Counted from the first letter of the stretch, positions 38,406 through 51,992 are shown. The stretch: DNA of 64,000 nt from Octopus vulgaris (GCA_951406725.2 OX597817.1:94116001-94180000); one strand, 5' to 3'. Translations and numbers: made by a program. The notes: generated from the letters alone by a model not told the origin.

Positions 38406-39862
38406 ATCACTTTCCCTGTCAGCACTACAGCATGGGACCAGAGGTAGGACTTGATTATCTGTCCATCTTGGATTCGTAAACCCTTCTCTCCCATTTGTTT
38501 CCTCATCTTTAGTTCGGATATTAAGTTTCTCCGGCGAATTCTCTCTCTTAGTGAGTATTCCTCGCGAAAACCCATATTGGGGTCCTCCCAGGCATGCGTC
38601 TGAGCTCTGTTCAGAAAGACTGAAGCCTCCCGATCGGAGGAGAAGATTACCCTTATTGGGCGTGGTCTAGTATCTGAGGTTGGGTTCGCTTGGAATCTTC
38701 CTAGCCGAGCGACCTTATGGACACTGACATTTTCGTTCACAGAGAACAATTTTCCAACTAAAATGGAAACAAAATTAATGTCATCTTTTAGGCGGTTTAT
38801 GCCTGTATCACAGGTGGATTCAGCTTTACCATAAATTATTGCTGATCTTGAGTGGGCAAAATGTTCTCTACTATGAGCTGCGGTATTCGATTCTTCATTG
38901 GAAGATTTCGAAAGGGTGGTTTCATAGCCATCGGACTTATGTCGGCCTGTGGGGTCGATCGGAATGGGTTTAGTGGTCATAATTTTCCCGCCTGGTTTGG
39001 AACTGCACTGCCTCTTCTTCGGTTTGGGGGAGCACCACTCCCCAGATGAACTCACATCGAGATCGTTCAGAATTGGTTGAGCGATGGCATTAATGGGAAG
39101 GACAAGTGAGGGAGAATCGAAACAGATTTTATCGTGATCAGGTTTCATAGCCAAAACTGCCCCACTGGAGTTTTGACTACGTTTCTTCTTTTGGGGAGAA
39201 CAACGGTCCTCAGGTGGGTTTGAGTCTACGCTCCTCAAATTAGGTTGGGGAACCTCCGGGACCGAAAAGGCAGATGAGGAAGAATCCGCACAGGAACGAT
39301 CATGTGCAGAAACGACCGCCGGTTCCTTCGCCTTCTTTGGTCGCTTCGATTTTGTTCCCTTCGGTTTGGACGTCTCCAGGGAAGAAGTCAAGGGTGACTC
39401 TGCGTCAACAGGAGACTGTTTATCGTGGTCAGGTTTCATAGCTAAATCTGCCCCACTGGAGTTTTGACGACGTTTCTTCTTTTGGGGAGAACAACGGTCT
39501 TCAGGTGGGTTTGAGTCTACGCTCCTCAAATTAGGTTGGGGAACCTCCGGGACCGAAAAGGCAGGTGAGGAAGAATCCGCACAGGAACGATCTTGTGCAG
39601 AAACGACCGCCGGTTCCTTCGCCTTCTTTGGCCGCTTCGATTTTGTTCCCTTTGGTTTGGACGTCTCCAGGGAAGAAGTCAAGGGTGACTCTGCGTCCAC
39701 AGGAGACTGTTTATTCAGTAAGAGAGCAACAACAGACTTTAGGTGCTCGACCTCTTGTTTGAGCAACAGCAACTGCTCGTTGAGCTGACTATTGGTAGGA
39801 CCATCATCTTGATGAGAAGCCCTTCCTGCAGATCTCAGTTTCGATCCGTAGGTAGCTGACAT
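38402..39862 (-). CDS. CR1 ORF1 protein (coiled coil, low-complexity linker, C-terminal RRM-like domain)
   Basis: 486-aa open frame with C-terminal SAIIYGKAES...RLGR...RPRPIRVIF...E.SLRER typical of CR1/L2 ORF1. Contains a 291-bp tandem duplication. Confidence 0.85.
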   Translation of the reverse strand: MSATYGSKLRSAGRASHQDDGPTNSQLNEQLLLLKQEVEHLKSVVALLLNKQSPVDAESPLTSSLETSKPKGTKSKRPKKAKEPAVVSAQDRSCADSSSPAFSVPEVPQPNLRSVDSNPPEDRCSPQKKKRRQNSSGADLAMKPDHDKQSPVDAESPLTSSLETSKPKGTKSKRPKKAKEPAVVSAHDRSCADSSSSAFSVPEVPQPNLRSVDSNPPEDRCSPQKKKRSQNSSGAVLAMKPDHDKICFDSPSLVLPINAIAQPILNDLDVSSSGEWCSPKPKKRQCSSKPGGKIMTTKPIPIDPTGRHKSDGYETTLSKSSNEESNTAAHSREHFAHSRSAIIYGKAESTCDTGINRLKDDINFVSILVGKLFSVNENVSVHKVARLGRFQANPTSDTRPRPIRVIFSSDREASVFLNRAQTHAWEDPNMGFREEYSLRERIRRRNLISELKMRKQMGEKGLRIQDGQIIKSYLWSHAVVLTGKVM

Positions 39863-41243
39863 GATGGATGGTTGACTAAAAAACTATCTTCTATGGGCTC
39901 TAGGACAAATCGGAGTTAAATCAGGAACAAAAAAAAAACAGGTGCAATCCTTGTAGGAGTAGGCAACAGCAGACAAAATCTGAGAGAGATTGGGCTGAGC
40001 CGAATCACAATCCAAGATTGAAAGCAGACGGTGCAACGAGTCGGGAACCCTTCCTAATTGTCTGAAGCAGCTTTAGGATAAGGGATAGTATGTCCAACTT
40101 TAGAATATTGATATGCATGTAAAATGTTCCACACGATTAAATATCATTTGACGTGCCATTTAGTACTTCAATAATTGCATCTGCGCATGTTTGTATATGT
40201 GTGAATAATGTGTTTATGTGCGAGAAGGCACATGTTTTTGACTATCGTTAATTTAGATTATTAATTTTTTCTTTTTTTTTCTCACGTTTTTCCCTTTTAA
40301 AGTATTTCATTTTAAAATAAATTATACGTTGGAGGGAGGGCTGAGGGTTTGTTTTTTATTGTAAATTCTCCTTCCTCCCAACACAGAGAAAGAAAGGGAT
40401 TTTTCGTTGGTGCCACCGGTACACGGGGAAAGACATCTCGGTGTCATCGTCAACTTGAATGTTTCTAATTGTAGCGATAGTAGTAACAGCAGTAAATTCT
40501 GATAGCAGCAGTAGCAATAGCTCATAAAGTGAGTTGAAGAACGATCGGTCAAAGAGAGTTCAAATTGTCCGCAACAGTGTTGATGGAATTTGCGAACAGT
40601 GACCTTGACTTTGAGAAAAATCAAAGGAGGGGCCGACTATAAACAGTACTTGTGAATAGAGTCATGTACGAGCAGAGCGAAACTATAAATAGTACTTTTT
40701 CTTTTCTTTTTTTTTATTTTCTTCTTATTCTCCACGTGTTTAATAATGTGAGTGCAATAAAAGGTATGTCTGCGTATTTCGGGTAGTCAAGAAGAAAGTA
40801 AAGGTTAGCTGGTGTTTACGTCCATACTTTTAGCGTGCATTTAATTGTGTTGTCACAATAAAGGCATTTTTACATAATCTGATACTCAGGGAAGAGGTGA
40901 TGGCAAAATGTTCACTCAAAAAATGGAGATATTTATGATTCTAAAATTTTTGTCTCAAACTGTAGGTTTGGAACTCTTTAACTTATTTTGAGGGAAATTC
41001 AAATTACTCACAGAAAATAGTAGATCTTCCAGTAATTACAGTTGTTTATCAGTAATCCTGCTGGGTTGTATTTGTTTTTCTTTGTCTTCTGTGTCTTTGG
41101 CCGCTGACAGGACAGGAGCAGCGAAAACACGTCAGCCACAGCTGAAGGCTGGAACTGGTTGCAATAAAAAGTATATACTCTTTACTCTATACTCTTTTAC
41201 TTGTTTCAGTCATTTGACTGCGGCCATGCTGGAGCACCACCTT

Positions 41244-41348
<105 letters not shown>

Positions 41349-41904
41349 GAGTGAGAGCAGTGCATGCTATCAAAGTGACACTGGGGTAAAATATACGAAG
41401 CCCAATATACCCATCATGACTACCCGTCTGATAAGGGTACACCAGGCACATGCATCACAACCATATGTGCACGACATGGTAATCTCATATCAAGATAAAC
41501 AGCACATGACCTTGCAGGTGGGGCCCAGTTAGAATTTTCTTCAGGTTGAGTAGCCCATCCCGCTCAAAAGGTCCCTGAATAAGGGTTGTTTAAGGATGTT
41601 GAAAGAACCACCAATGTTTCCAGAGGTGAATTATTCAAACCCCAAAGAATCTCTCTCAACACATGGCTATGATGCTCCCCCACTACTTCTGCTCGTGATC
41701 AGAGTTGCACATATCGTCAGCCACTAAGGGACATGCTCAACTGGTTATGGTCAAACAACTGACAAGCAAATATGTGGTATTGAGCAGAATATTTGCTGTA
41801 GCTCATCTTTTATACCAAGACAAAACAATGTACATGATAACACTTCCAATCAGTTAAGATCAGAGGCCATGAGAGCCACTGCCTGGTACTGCATCAGGGC
41901 ATTT
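41349..41904. mobile_element. Non-coding ~550-bp interspersed element in (ATT)n array, copy 1
   Basis: Similar end to end to 46041-46583. Both copies are bounded by trinucleotide arrays. Confidence 0.8.
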
Positions 41905-42058
41905 ATTATTATTATAAATTATTATTATTATTATTATCATTATTATTATCATTATGATTATGATTATCATTATCATTATCATTATCATTATCATCATCAT
42001 TATCATCATCATCATCATCACCACCATCATCATCATCATCATCATCATCATCATAATA

Positions 42059-42096
<38 letters not shown>

Positions 42097-42106
42097 CATC
42101 ATTATC

Positions 42107-42186
<80 letters not shown>

Positions 42187-42189
42187 CAT

Positions 42190-42220
<31 letters not shown>

Positions 42221-42254
42221 ATTATTATTATTATTATTATTGTTGTTGTTGTTG

Positions 42255-42298
<44 letters not shown>

Positions 42299-42359
42299 GT
42301 TATTGTTATTGTTACTGTTATTGTTATTGTTATTGTTATTGCTATTGTTATTGTTATTG

Positions 42360-42432
<73 letters not shown>

Positions 42433-42456
42433 TACTATTATTATTACTATTACTAT

Positions 42457-42501
<45 letters not shown>

Positions 42502-42502
42502 C

Positions 42503-42552
<50 letters not shown>

Positions 42553-42581
42553 AATCATCATTATCAGCATTATCATTATTA

Positions 42582-42619
<38 letters not shown>

Positions 42620-42636
42620 ATAATTATTATTATTAA

Positions 42637-42708
<72 letters not shown>

Positions 42709-42721
42709 TATTATTATTATT
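41905..42721. repeat. Long compound trinucleotide array (ATT/ATC/GTT/ACT/ACC)
   Basis: Direct reading; all blocks are in one phase. Confidence 0.95.
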
Positions 42722-45700
42722 CAGTAGTTTTATTTTTATAGCGTGCTTTCGCTTCACTACCGAGCGCAGCTCTGTGTGCCTTGGGTATGTGATGTGATTT
42801 GTTGTGATGCTCCGATGGTTACTGTATTGAAAATGTTCTGCGTAGGATGTGTGTAGTGCCTAGTAGTGCAATTTTCTGTATGTTATATGTGTTTGTAAGT
42901 CCTGGTGTTTTCGTTATGTATTTGTCTGAATATATTTTATCATGCCTAATGCACCTACTATGAGAGGAATTATTTCTGTTTTTAGATTCCACATTCTAGT
43001 TACATCTATTTCCAGGTCTTTGTATTTTGAAAGTTTCTCCATTTCTTTTAGAGTCACGTTGTCATCTGCTGGTATTGATACATCAATTAGAAAGCATTTT
43101 TTTCTTCATGATCTCTGACAACTATATCTGGTCTGTTGGCCTTAATTTCTCTATCTGTGTGTATCGGCATATCCCAGAGTATGGTTGCTTTCTCGTTTTC
43201 TGTGACGTTTTCTGGTGTGTGCCTATACCATCTTTTTTCTGTTGTTATTCCATAATGTTGGCATAGCTTCCAGTGTATGTAGGTCCCAACTCTGTCGTAT
43301 CTGTGAATATATTCCTTCTTAGCCAGGGCTGGGCAGCCAGAGATAATATGATTTATTGTTTCTTGTCCATTTCCACATATTCTGCAGTTACTTGTTATAT
43401 TTCTTTTCACTACATGTTTTTGGTAATTTCTGGTGGGGACGCTTTGGTCTTGTGCTGCAATTAAAAATCCCTCTGTCTCTGCTTTGAGTCCTGAGCTTCT
43501 CAACCAGCTTCTCTTGGTCTATTTCTTTTGCATGTAGTTTAGTTCAGTATTTACCATGAAGGGGCATTTCTTGCCATCGTTTGATCATGGTTCTTTGCAG
43601 TTCTAGTTTTAGTTTGGATTTCATTTGTTTTGTAGCTTTTGTTGTTTCTTCTTCTTCTTCTTCTTCTTCTTCTTCTTCTTCTTCTTCTTCTTCTTCTTCT
43701 TCTTCTTCTTCTTCTTCTTCTTCTTCTTCTTCTTCTTCTTCTTCTTCTTCTTCTTCTTCTTCTTCATATTTGTTAGGTGGTATGATTTCTTGTTTGTATT
43801 TGTCAGCTTCCTAAATACTGAGAACAATTTTGTATTTTGCTCGTGTTTTTCCGCTATTTGTATCAGTCTTCCTTGCTTCTGAAGTAGGTATTTTTGCAGT
43901 CCTATGGTCGTTATTTTATAGTAGATTTCCAGCTTTATAAGGCCTCTACCACCTTCTATACTTTGTATATATAGCCTTTCTATGTTAGATTTTGGGTGAT
44001 GCATCCTAGATCCTGTCATTATTTTTCTTGTTTTCCTATCTATTTTGGTTAGTTCATTTAACGTCCAGTTAAGGATATTGTAGCTGTAACTTATAACTGG
44101 GACGGCTAAAATGTTAATACCTATTATCTTGTTTTTAGCATTGAGCTCTGTTTTTAGTATTGATCTAACTCATCATTAGTATTCTTTCTTTATCTTCTCT
44201 TTCATTTGTGTGTGTTGTGTCTTATCTAGTTCATGGATTCCTAAGTATTTGTAAGTTTGGCTTTGGTCTAATTCTTTTATTTCATTGGTTTTATCTGGTG
44301 TGATGTTGCTACTCTTAACTAGTTTTCCTCTTTTCAGGGTTACTTTGGCGCATTTTTCTAATCCAAATTTCACATCTATTTCTTTGGTGAATCCATGATC
44401 TGTCTTTAGTAGTGTTTCCAGCTGTTTGTCATTTGTAGCGTATAGTTTTAGGTCATCCATTTATAAAAGGTGGCTGATCGTTTTGCCGTAACATTTATAT
44501 TCGCATCCAGTTCTATTTAGCATATCAGATAGAGGTGACAGTGCCAAACAGAAAAGGAGTGGAGAGAGCGTGTCTCCCTGGAATATTCCTCTTCTAATGG
44601 GGATGGCTTTGGCTTTCACGAGTCCCTCTTTTGTTTGGAGCTGTAGCACTGTTTGCCATTTATTCATAGAGTGCTCTATGTATTTTATAATTGTTGGTGC
44701 TACTTTGTTCATGGCTAGTGTTTCGAGGATCCATGTGTGGGAGATGCTATCAAACGCCTTTCTCTAGTCTTTCTGTGGCTGTCTTCAGTTATGGCTTTAT
44801 TGTTCATTAGTTGTTCTTTACAGCATCCTTTCTGCTCTTCTGGAAACAGGTTGTTTTCGTCCAGGTGCTTCTTTAATCTTTGTTATATTACTGCAGCGAA
44901 TGCTTTGTACACTGTAGGGAGACAGATTTTCTGGTTTTGCTGTCTCATTGGATTTGGGAATTAAGATGGTTTTTCCCCTTCGTGAGCCATTCAAACATTG
45001 TCTCTGGCTCTGCCATTATTTTGTTAAAGTTTTCAGCCAGCTTTTTGTGTATTCTTGTCAGATATTTCAACCAGAAGTGGGGATCTTGTCATGCCCAGGT
45101 GCCTTCCAGTTGCTTAGTCTTTGCAGTGCCTGGGTGGCCTCTTCACTTGTTATGGCGGATCCTTTGTGCTTTATCTCAAGTAAATCTTTTTTCTGTGATG
45201 CATTTGCACAGTATTTTTGTTTTCTTTTTGTTGCTTAGTAGTGTTGATTGTCTACTGATTTCATTAAGAATCGACAGATCTTTTCTCATATTTTGGATTT
45301 TTTGTGGGGGGAGATTTTATTTATCCAAAGGGTTTGTTTGGGTGGTGGTACTCATCTTTGGATGGGTTTCAGGGAGTATCCAGCTTCTTTTGTGGCTGTA
45401 GTGGCTGCTGCATATACTAAGTCATTTAGCTCAGTGATATTGCTATTTTTTTCAGTGGCTATTAGTTCTGTGACGGCTAGGTTTATGCTGTTTATAATTG
45501 ATGTTGTTTTTTTTGTCTATTTTGATTTTTGGGAGGTATGGTCGGTGGTCCATCGTGAGATCTATGTTTTTCAGTTCTTTGATTATTCTACTTTTTATAG
45601 TATCATAATCATTAGGCTCCCCTTCGTTGTTTCCAGGTTTTAGATTTGTGTCGCTTTCTTTCTCAATCGTGTGTTTGTCTGTTGTGTTTTGGCTTGCTGC

Positions 45701-45937
45701 TTGTCGTGCATTATTATGCATCCTTACGGTCTGGGTTAGTTGTTTTTTGTTTACATCGTTTTTGTTGGAAATGTTACGTTTGTCTTCGTGTTTTACTATC
45801 TCAGTGTTTATATTATTAGGTATTGTTGTGTGGCTTCTATCTACATTTTCCTGATGTATTTTTTCTTTTAAATATTCTATTTCTATTTCTGATATGTTTT
45901 TTTGCGTTGAGAATACATCTTCGTACGTTAGCAAGTT
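42722..45937 (-). mobile_element. Third R4/Dong-clade LINE family member, degraded
   Basis: GIFQGDTLSPLLFC, MDDLKLY, YKYLG, GLKAETEGFLIAAQDQ, CRICGNGQETINHIISGC, NRPDIVV. (AAT)n on both sides. Confidence 0.9.
43646..43766. repeat. (CTT)n, i.e. (GAA)n on the coding strand, expanded inside the Dong ORF
   Basis: About 40 perfect units. Confidence 0.95.
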
Positions 45938-45938
45938 A

Positions 45939-46036
<98 letters not shown>

Positions 46037-46040
46037 TATA

Positions 46041-46578
46041 AGAGAGCAATGCATGCCATCAAAATGTCACTGTAGTAAAATATACGAAGCCCAGGATACC
46101 CATCATGACTACCTGTCTGATAAGGGTACACCAGGCACATGCATCAGAACCATATGTGCGCGACATGATGATTTCATATCAAGGTAAACAGCACATGACC
46201 TTTCAGGTGGGGCCCAGTAAAAATTTTCTTCAAGTCGAGTGGCCCAAGTCGAGTGTTTAAGGATGTTGAACGAAACACCCATGTTTCCAGAGGTGAATTA
46301 TTCAAACCCCAAAGAATCCCTCTCGACACATGGCTACGATGCTCCTCCACTACTTCTGCTCGTGATAAGAGATGCATATATCGTCAGCCACTACGGGACA
46401 TGGTCAACTGGTTAAGGTCAAACTGGTTAAGGTCAAACAACTGATAAGCAAATCTGTGGTATTGAGCGGAATATTTGCTGTAGCCCGTCTTTTATACCAA
46501 GACAAACCAATATACATAACACTTCCAGTCAGTTAAGATGAGAAGCCATGAGAGCCACTGTCTGGTACTGCATCAGGG

Positions 46579-46583
<5 letters not shown>
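46041..46583. mobile_element. Non-coding ~550-bp interspersed element, copy 2
   Basis: Similar to 41349-41904. Confidence 0.8.
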
Positions 46584-46651
<68 letters not shown>

Positions 46652-46688
46652 CATTATTATTATTACTATTTTTATTATTATTATTATT

Positions 46689-47940
<1,252 letters not shown>

Positions 47941-50505
47941 CTGCTTCTTCTACAGCTCTGTCCATCGTATTGGATTTTTTGCAGAAACCATCCGTTCTGA
48001 TTTGGTTTGTTTTTTACAGATTCCATTTCCCTTACACGTGCAGAAAAATATCTCTGGCCAGTATAAGGATGTAGCACCACGACTATCCTTTGCCCAAACT
48101 TTCAACTTTTTTGGTGTACCATCTAGATTTAGGGTCCAATTCAAATTACTACAATCAAATGTCTTTTTAACATCGTTTACATCAATTTCAAGATTGATGC
48201 TATCATTATTGCGATCGGCTGCTTCCAAAAGGATTGTATTATTTCCTGATGTCAAATACAATTCATTCATTGTATCTTGTAGAAATGGAGGAAAATTTTC
48301 GATTCTTTCAAAATATTCTGGCTTATATAGCATAGTGTGGTTAGCAAGGTTAGGTTTGTGCAGAACAGCAGCACAGATGCAAAACATATCATTGTCTTGA
48401 CATGAAGTGTTAGTACTGTTAACTAAATTGGAAAGGTTACTAAGAATTTCAATAAACTGGTTTTCTGAGATACTGTAGGAATTAAAGCTGCTGTAATTCT
48501 TATGTGTGTAATTTAAAAGAGAATCTTTTTCTTTCCCTCGACAAGCTTCCCACATTATATACACATCCCTTTCCGATGAGGGATCAATCGCTTGTCCATT
48601 TGGCATCTTTCCAGTTAGTAAACCAGATAATAAATGTGGTTGTTGTAAATAGTGTGGAAGGGTCAAAATTATTCCCATGGAATCATTAACAGAAATAATC
48701 TCTAAATGCATGTTGTTAAAGAAGATGGTGTTGTTTTCTTTTTTAAATATGTTGTCAGTATTATTCTCAATCATCACATTTCCTTTATCACTTATTTCCA
48801 AAACTGCATTTTCAGACTTGATAGCAAAGGCTGTGTAGACTGGTATTTTTGAGAATTGGTCATTGTCTTCCATTTCTACACGTGCTTGAATTGTAACACT
48901 TGTGTCAAACCCTGGAGCTTTAACCGTTAATAACGTATATTCTCCTGCACCATAAAAACTATACCACTTCTTGTTTATCATCTTGAAAACCAAGGGGTCT
49001 AACACAAATACAGTCCCTGGAACTTGATACTTTGAACAGGTGTCAGATGGATAAATGTCATAAAACAGATTACATAATGGATAGTCTTTACAACAATATT
49101 GTTGACCATCAGAAAAAGATCCATTTGTGTTGTATATAAAACCACCGTCAGGATAGTTTTTCAAAAGAGCCTTCTCAGCCTTTTCATAACATGTATTTCC
49201 GGTTACACCTTTAAAAGTAAGATCTAACTGTGCTTGTTGCAGTGTACAGGGACATGGAATTGCAAAAGAGTCAATATCAAACTGCTTTTCACTTTTACAA
49301 TGCCACTCCAAACAATTCAAGGAACTTTCAGTTCTGCTTTCCATTTTAAATGTTTTTCTCAATCCATAGACTTCATTTCCTGCCTCTAATAACTTGAAGA
49401 ATTTTTTATCCTGAGCAAAAACAGTAGATCCACCTTTACCATCACCATAGCCAACCAAAATATCTCGATTAGCTTCTGCATTTAGCTTTACATTGTCTTT
49501 GTCATAGTTAAAGATAGCATAGAAGAATGTTCCATTTGAAACTAGAATGCTTTGGAATGTGATGGTTTCATTTCCAAATTCAGATGCAGGATAAGGGGAA
49601 AGATTTTCCCATGTCACAACAACAGCATGTTTAGCATGAAAGGTAGACGATATCATGTTACCAATTCTATTTAATATTGCTTTATCTTTACAATATTCAT
49701 AACTATCAATGAATATTTTCGTAGGGGCAGCAACGTCAAAAGCAGTCCAAAACGGAGCCAAAACAGGAGAGGCTGCAGGGAAAGTTCCATCTGGTTGTGC
49801 ATAACTTTTTTCACCAAAAGCAATGTAACCATTGACACTAACATAAATATTCTGATAGATATGATTAAAAACTGTAATTTTTTGGTTTATGAAATAAGGT
49901 CCATACAACTCATTTTGTTTCACCGGAACTTCAGTTTTATAATCAACCATTGGTTTTTCTAAACACTTGAAGCCGTCCCCCACAAAGCCATTGTTGCAGG
50001 CACAACTGTATCCACCAACATTATTGATGCAGTTAGCAAATTCTGAGCATTTATGTCTGATCGGAACATTCATCAATATCTGTACAATATGACCCGTTTC
50101 CCTTGTATCCTTCAGAACACGTACAATCAAATTTTCCAACTGTATTTTTGCAAGTAGCCAAATTTGAACAAGGATAATTCATTTGTAAACACTCATCAAC
50201 ATCTTTACAAATTGCACCATCTCCAGTAAAGCCAGACTTACAACAACAGTTGTATCCACCATCAAAGTTGTGACAATCAGCATTTGGTGAACAATTGTTG
50301 AGTGAATTATTGTTACATTCATTTACATCTGTACAATTGACTCCGTCTCCAGTAAAGCCTTCCATACAAGTACAGTTGAAGCCAGGAACAAAGTTGTGAC
50401 ATGTTGCATATCGTGAACTGTTGTGGAGTGAATTAGTACATTCATTTAAATCTGTACAATTGACTCCGTCTCCAGTAAAGCCTTCCATACAAGTACAGTT
50501 GAAGC
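47941..50505 (-). pseudogene. Intronless cbEGF-repeat / NIDO / AMOP / vWD (mucin-4/SUSD2-like) coding segment, frameshifted; probable retrocopy
   Basis: Four Ca-binding EGF repeats (D.NEC/D.DEC...C.N..G.F/Y.C.C..GF.G.G..C). NIDO (IYVSVNGYIAF, LAPFW, VVVTW, TFQSIL), AMOP-like (PCPCTLQQA, YCC...C..FY..YP..C..Y) and vWD-like (YSFYGAGEYTLL, TIQAR). Frameshift at ~50055, a lost Cys in one EGF, no introns over 2.5 kb. Confidence 0.8.
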
Positions 50506-51104
50506 ACTAAGTCACCCGATCCGGATTTACACTTTGTCGCTGGGTGAAAGATCGCAATGAAAATGTTGACATTCACTCAGTGGGCTCAGATGCTGATGCT
50601 TACTGAGAGTTATTTTGTTTGTGCTGTACTTGGTCAATCATGTATTTAACATGTAATATAATATATAGAGCTATGGCAATGTAAGTCAGCACTGGTATGA
50701 TTTGAGCACAAATCAAGTTGTAACTGTTGTTGACGGTGCTAGTGTTGCTCTTGTTTTTGTCGTCACTGTAGACGAATGAAACTATATACTGAAAGATATT
50801 TAGGGAGGTGTTGTCCCTCTTTTTGTCACACGACATTCTTTCAAAATGATTTATTGGATAATTGGTGTTATTTCTTTATTTACTCCCAAACGTTGAAGGT
50901 GATGGCGATGTTTTATGGAGAAAATACGATACAAAAAAAAAATTAATGCGTGGCTAATACTCCAAACAACTCCAAACATATTTGGGCTTAATGTTAATTC
51001 ATGCTTCAGACCGAGGAGACAGCCATTTTGTAAAACTGTTGGCTGTACTGGCCTTTGAAAATTGTGATAAGTAATTTTTTTTACCGTATGCTAGCATATA
51101 CTTC

Positions 51105-51320
51105 TGCTTTTTACTATCTTTTCTACTCTAGGCACAAGGCCCGAAATTTTTGGGGAGGGGCCAGTCAATTAGATCGACCCCAGTACGCAACAATATATTG
51201 ACCCCGAATGGATGAAAGGCAAAGTCGATCTCGGCGGAATTTGAACTCAGAACGTGAAGACAGACGAAATAACGCTAAGCATTTCGCCCGGCGTACTAAC
51301 GTTTCTGCCAGCTCGCCGCT
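51105..51320 (-). mobile_element. tRNA-derived SINE (family 2)
   Basis: Minus strand GCGGCGAGCTGGCAGAAACG...GAGTTCAAATTCCGCCGAG; matches 18390-18585. Confidence 0.85.
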
Positions 51321-51810
51321 TTCAGCTCTTTAATATCTACCCAATTAAAAGTGGGAACAAAATACTTTGAGATATTTCACTTGTTGTTTTCGTTATGTGC
51401 TCAAATCTAGTTGAGAACGACTTTGCGTTTCAACTTACTGTGATAGATTAAATAATCAGCAATCAAGTGCTGAGATTGATATAAACGATCATACCTCTCA
51501 TTAAAAAGTATTCGCTTTTGTACCGCTGTTAAAAATTCAATATTTTTAACAATTAAAGGATTTCATCATGGTATTAGAAGGATTACACCCAGTAATAGTC
51601 TGTTTAGAAATTTGTGCCAGATCAAATGTTTTGCTTATATTAGTGACGAATTCTGTGATGTATGGATGTAAGATAAACAGCTGAAGAATATATAGTGTCG
51701 CAATTTTCATACACCCAGTAGCAGTTGAACTTGGTCCGATCCTCTTCGTTACACTGGCGGGAGAGAGTGTAAACCGAAAATTGATATATTCAGTCATTAT
51801 AACAAATACG

Positions 51811-51851
<41 letters not shown>

Positions 51852-51992
51852 ACACACACATACACGCACGCACACATACAAACACGCACATACAAACACA
51901 CACACACACACGTACACACATACACACACACACCGAAATAACAAAATGCAGAAAATATAAAAGCCATTCATATACTATACTTAATGTATATA

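Larger units (their letters stand above)
35449..40040 (-). mobile_element. Near full-length young CR1-clade LINE
   Basis: ORF1 and ORF2 are almost intact, with a short 3' UTR and (AACT)n tail at 35449-35468. GC content is clearly higher than the flanks. The 5' boundary is approximate. Confidence 0.92.

Noticed and set aside
41845-41900. Weak resemblance to U2 snRNA (ATCAGTTAAGATC, CCTGGTACTGCA)
   Set aside because: Only two short patches, with no branch-point recognition sequence or Sm site and wrong spacing.
41860-42757. Poly-Ile/Asn/His ORFs, and similar ones at 9278-9679, 29169-29598, 34719-35203 and 47231-48074
   Set aside because: Translations of microsatellites with no coding signature.
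50600-50836. 78-aa ORF with hydrophobic stretch as an upstream exon of the mucin-like gene
   Set aside because: No recognisable domain or signal peptide, no convincing splice sites, and stops separate it from the EGF frame.
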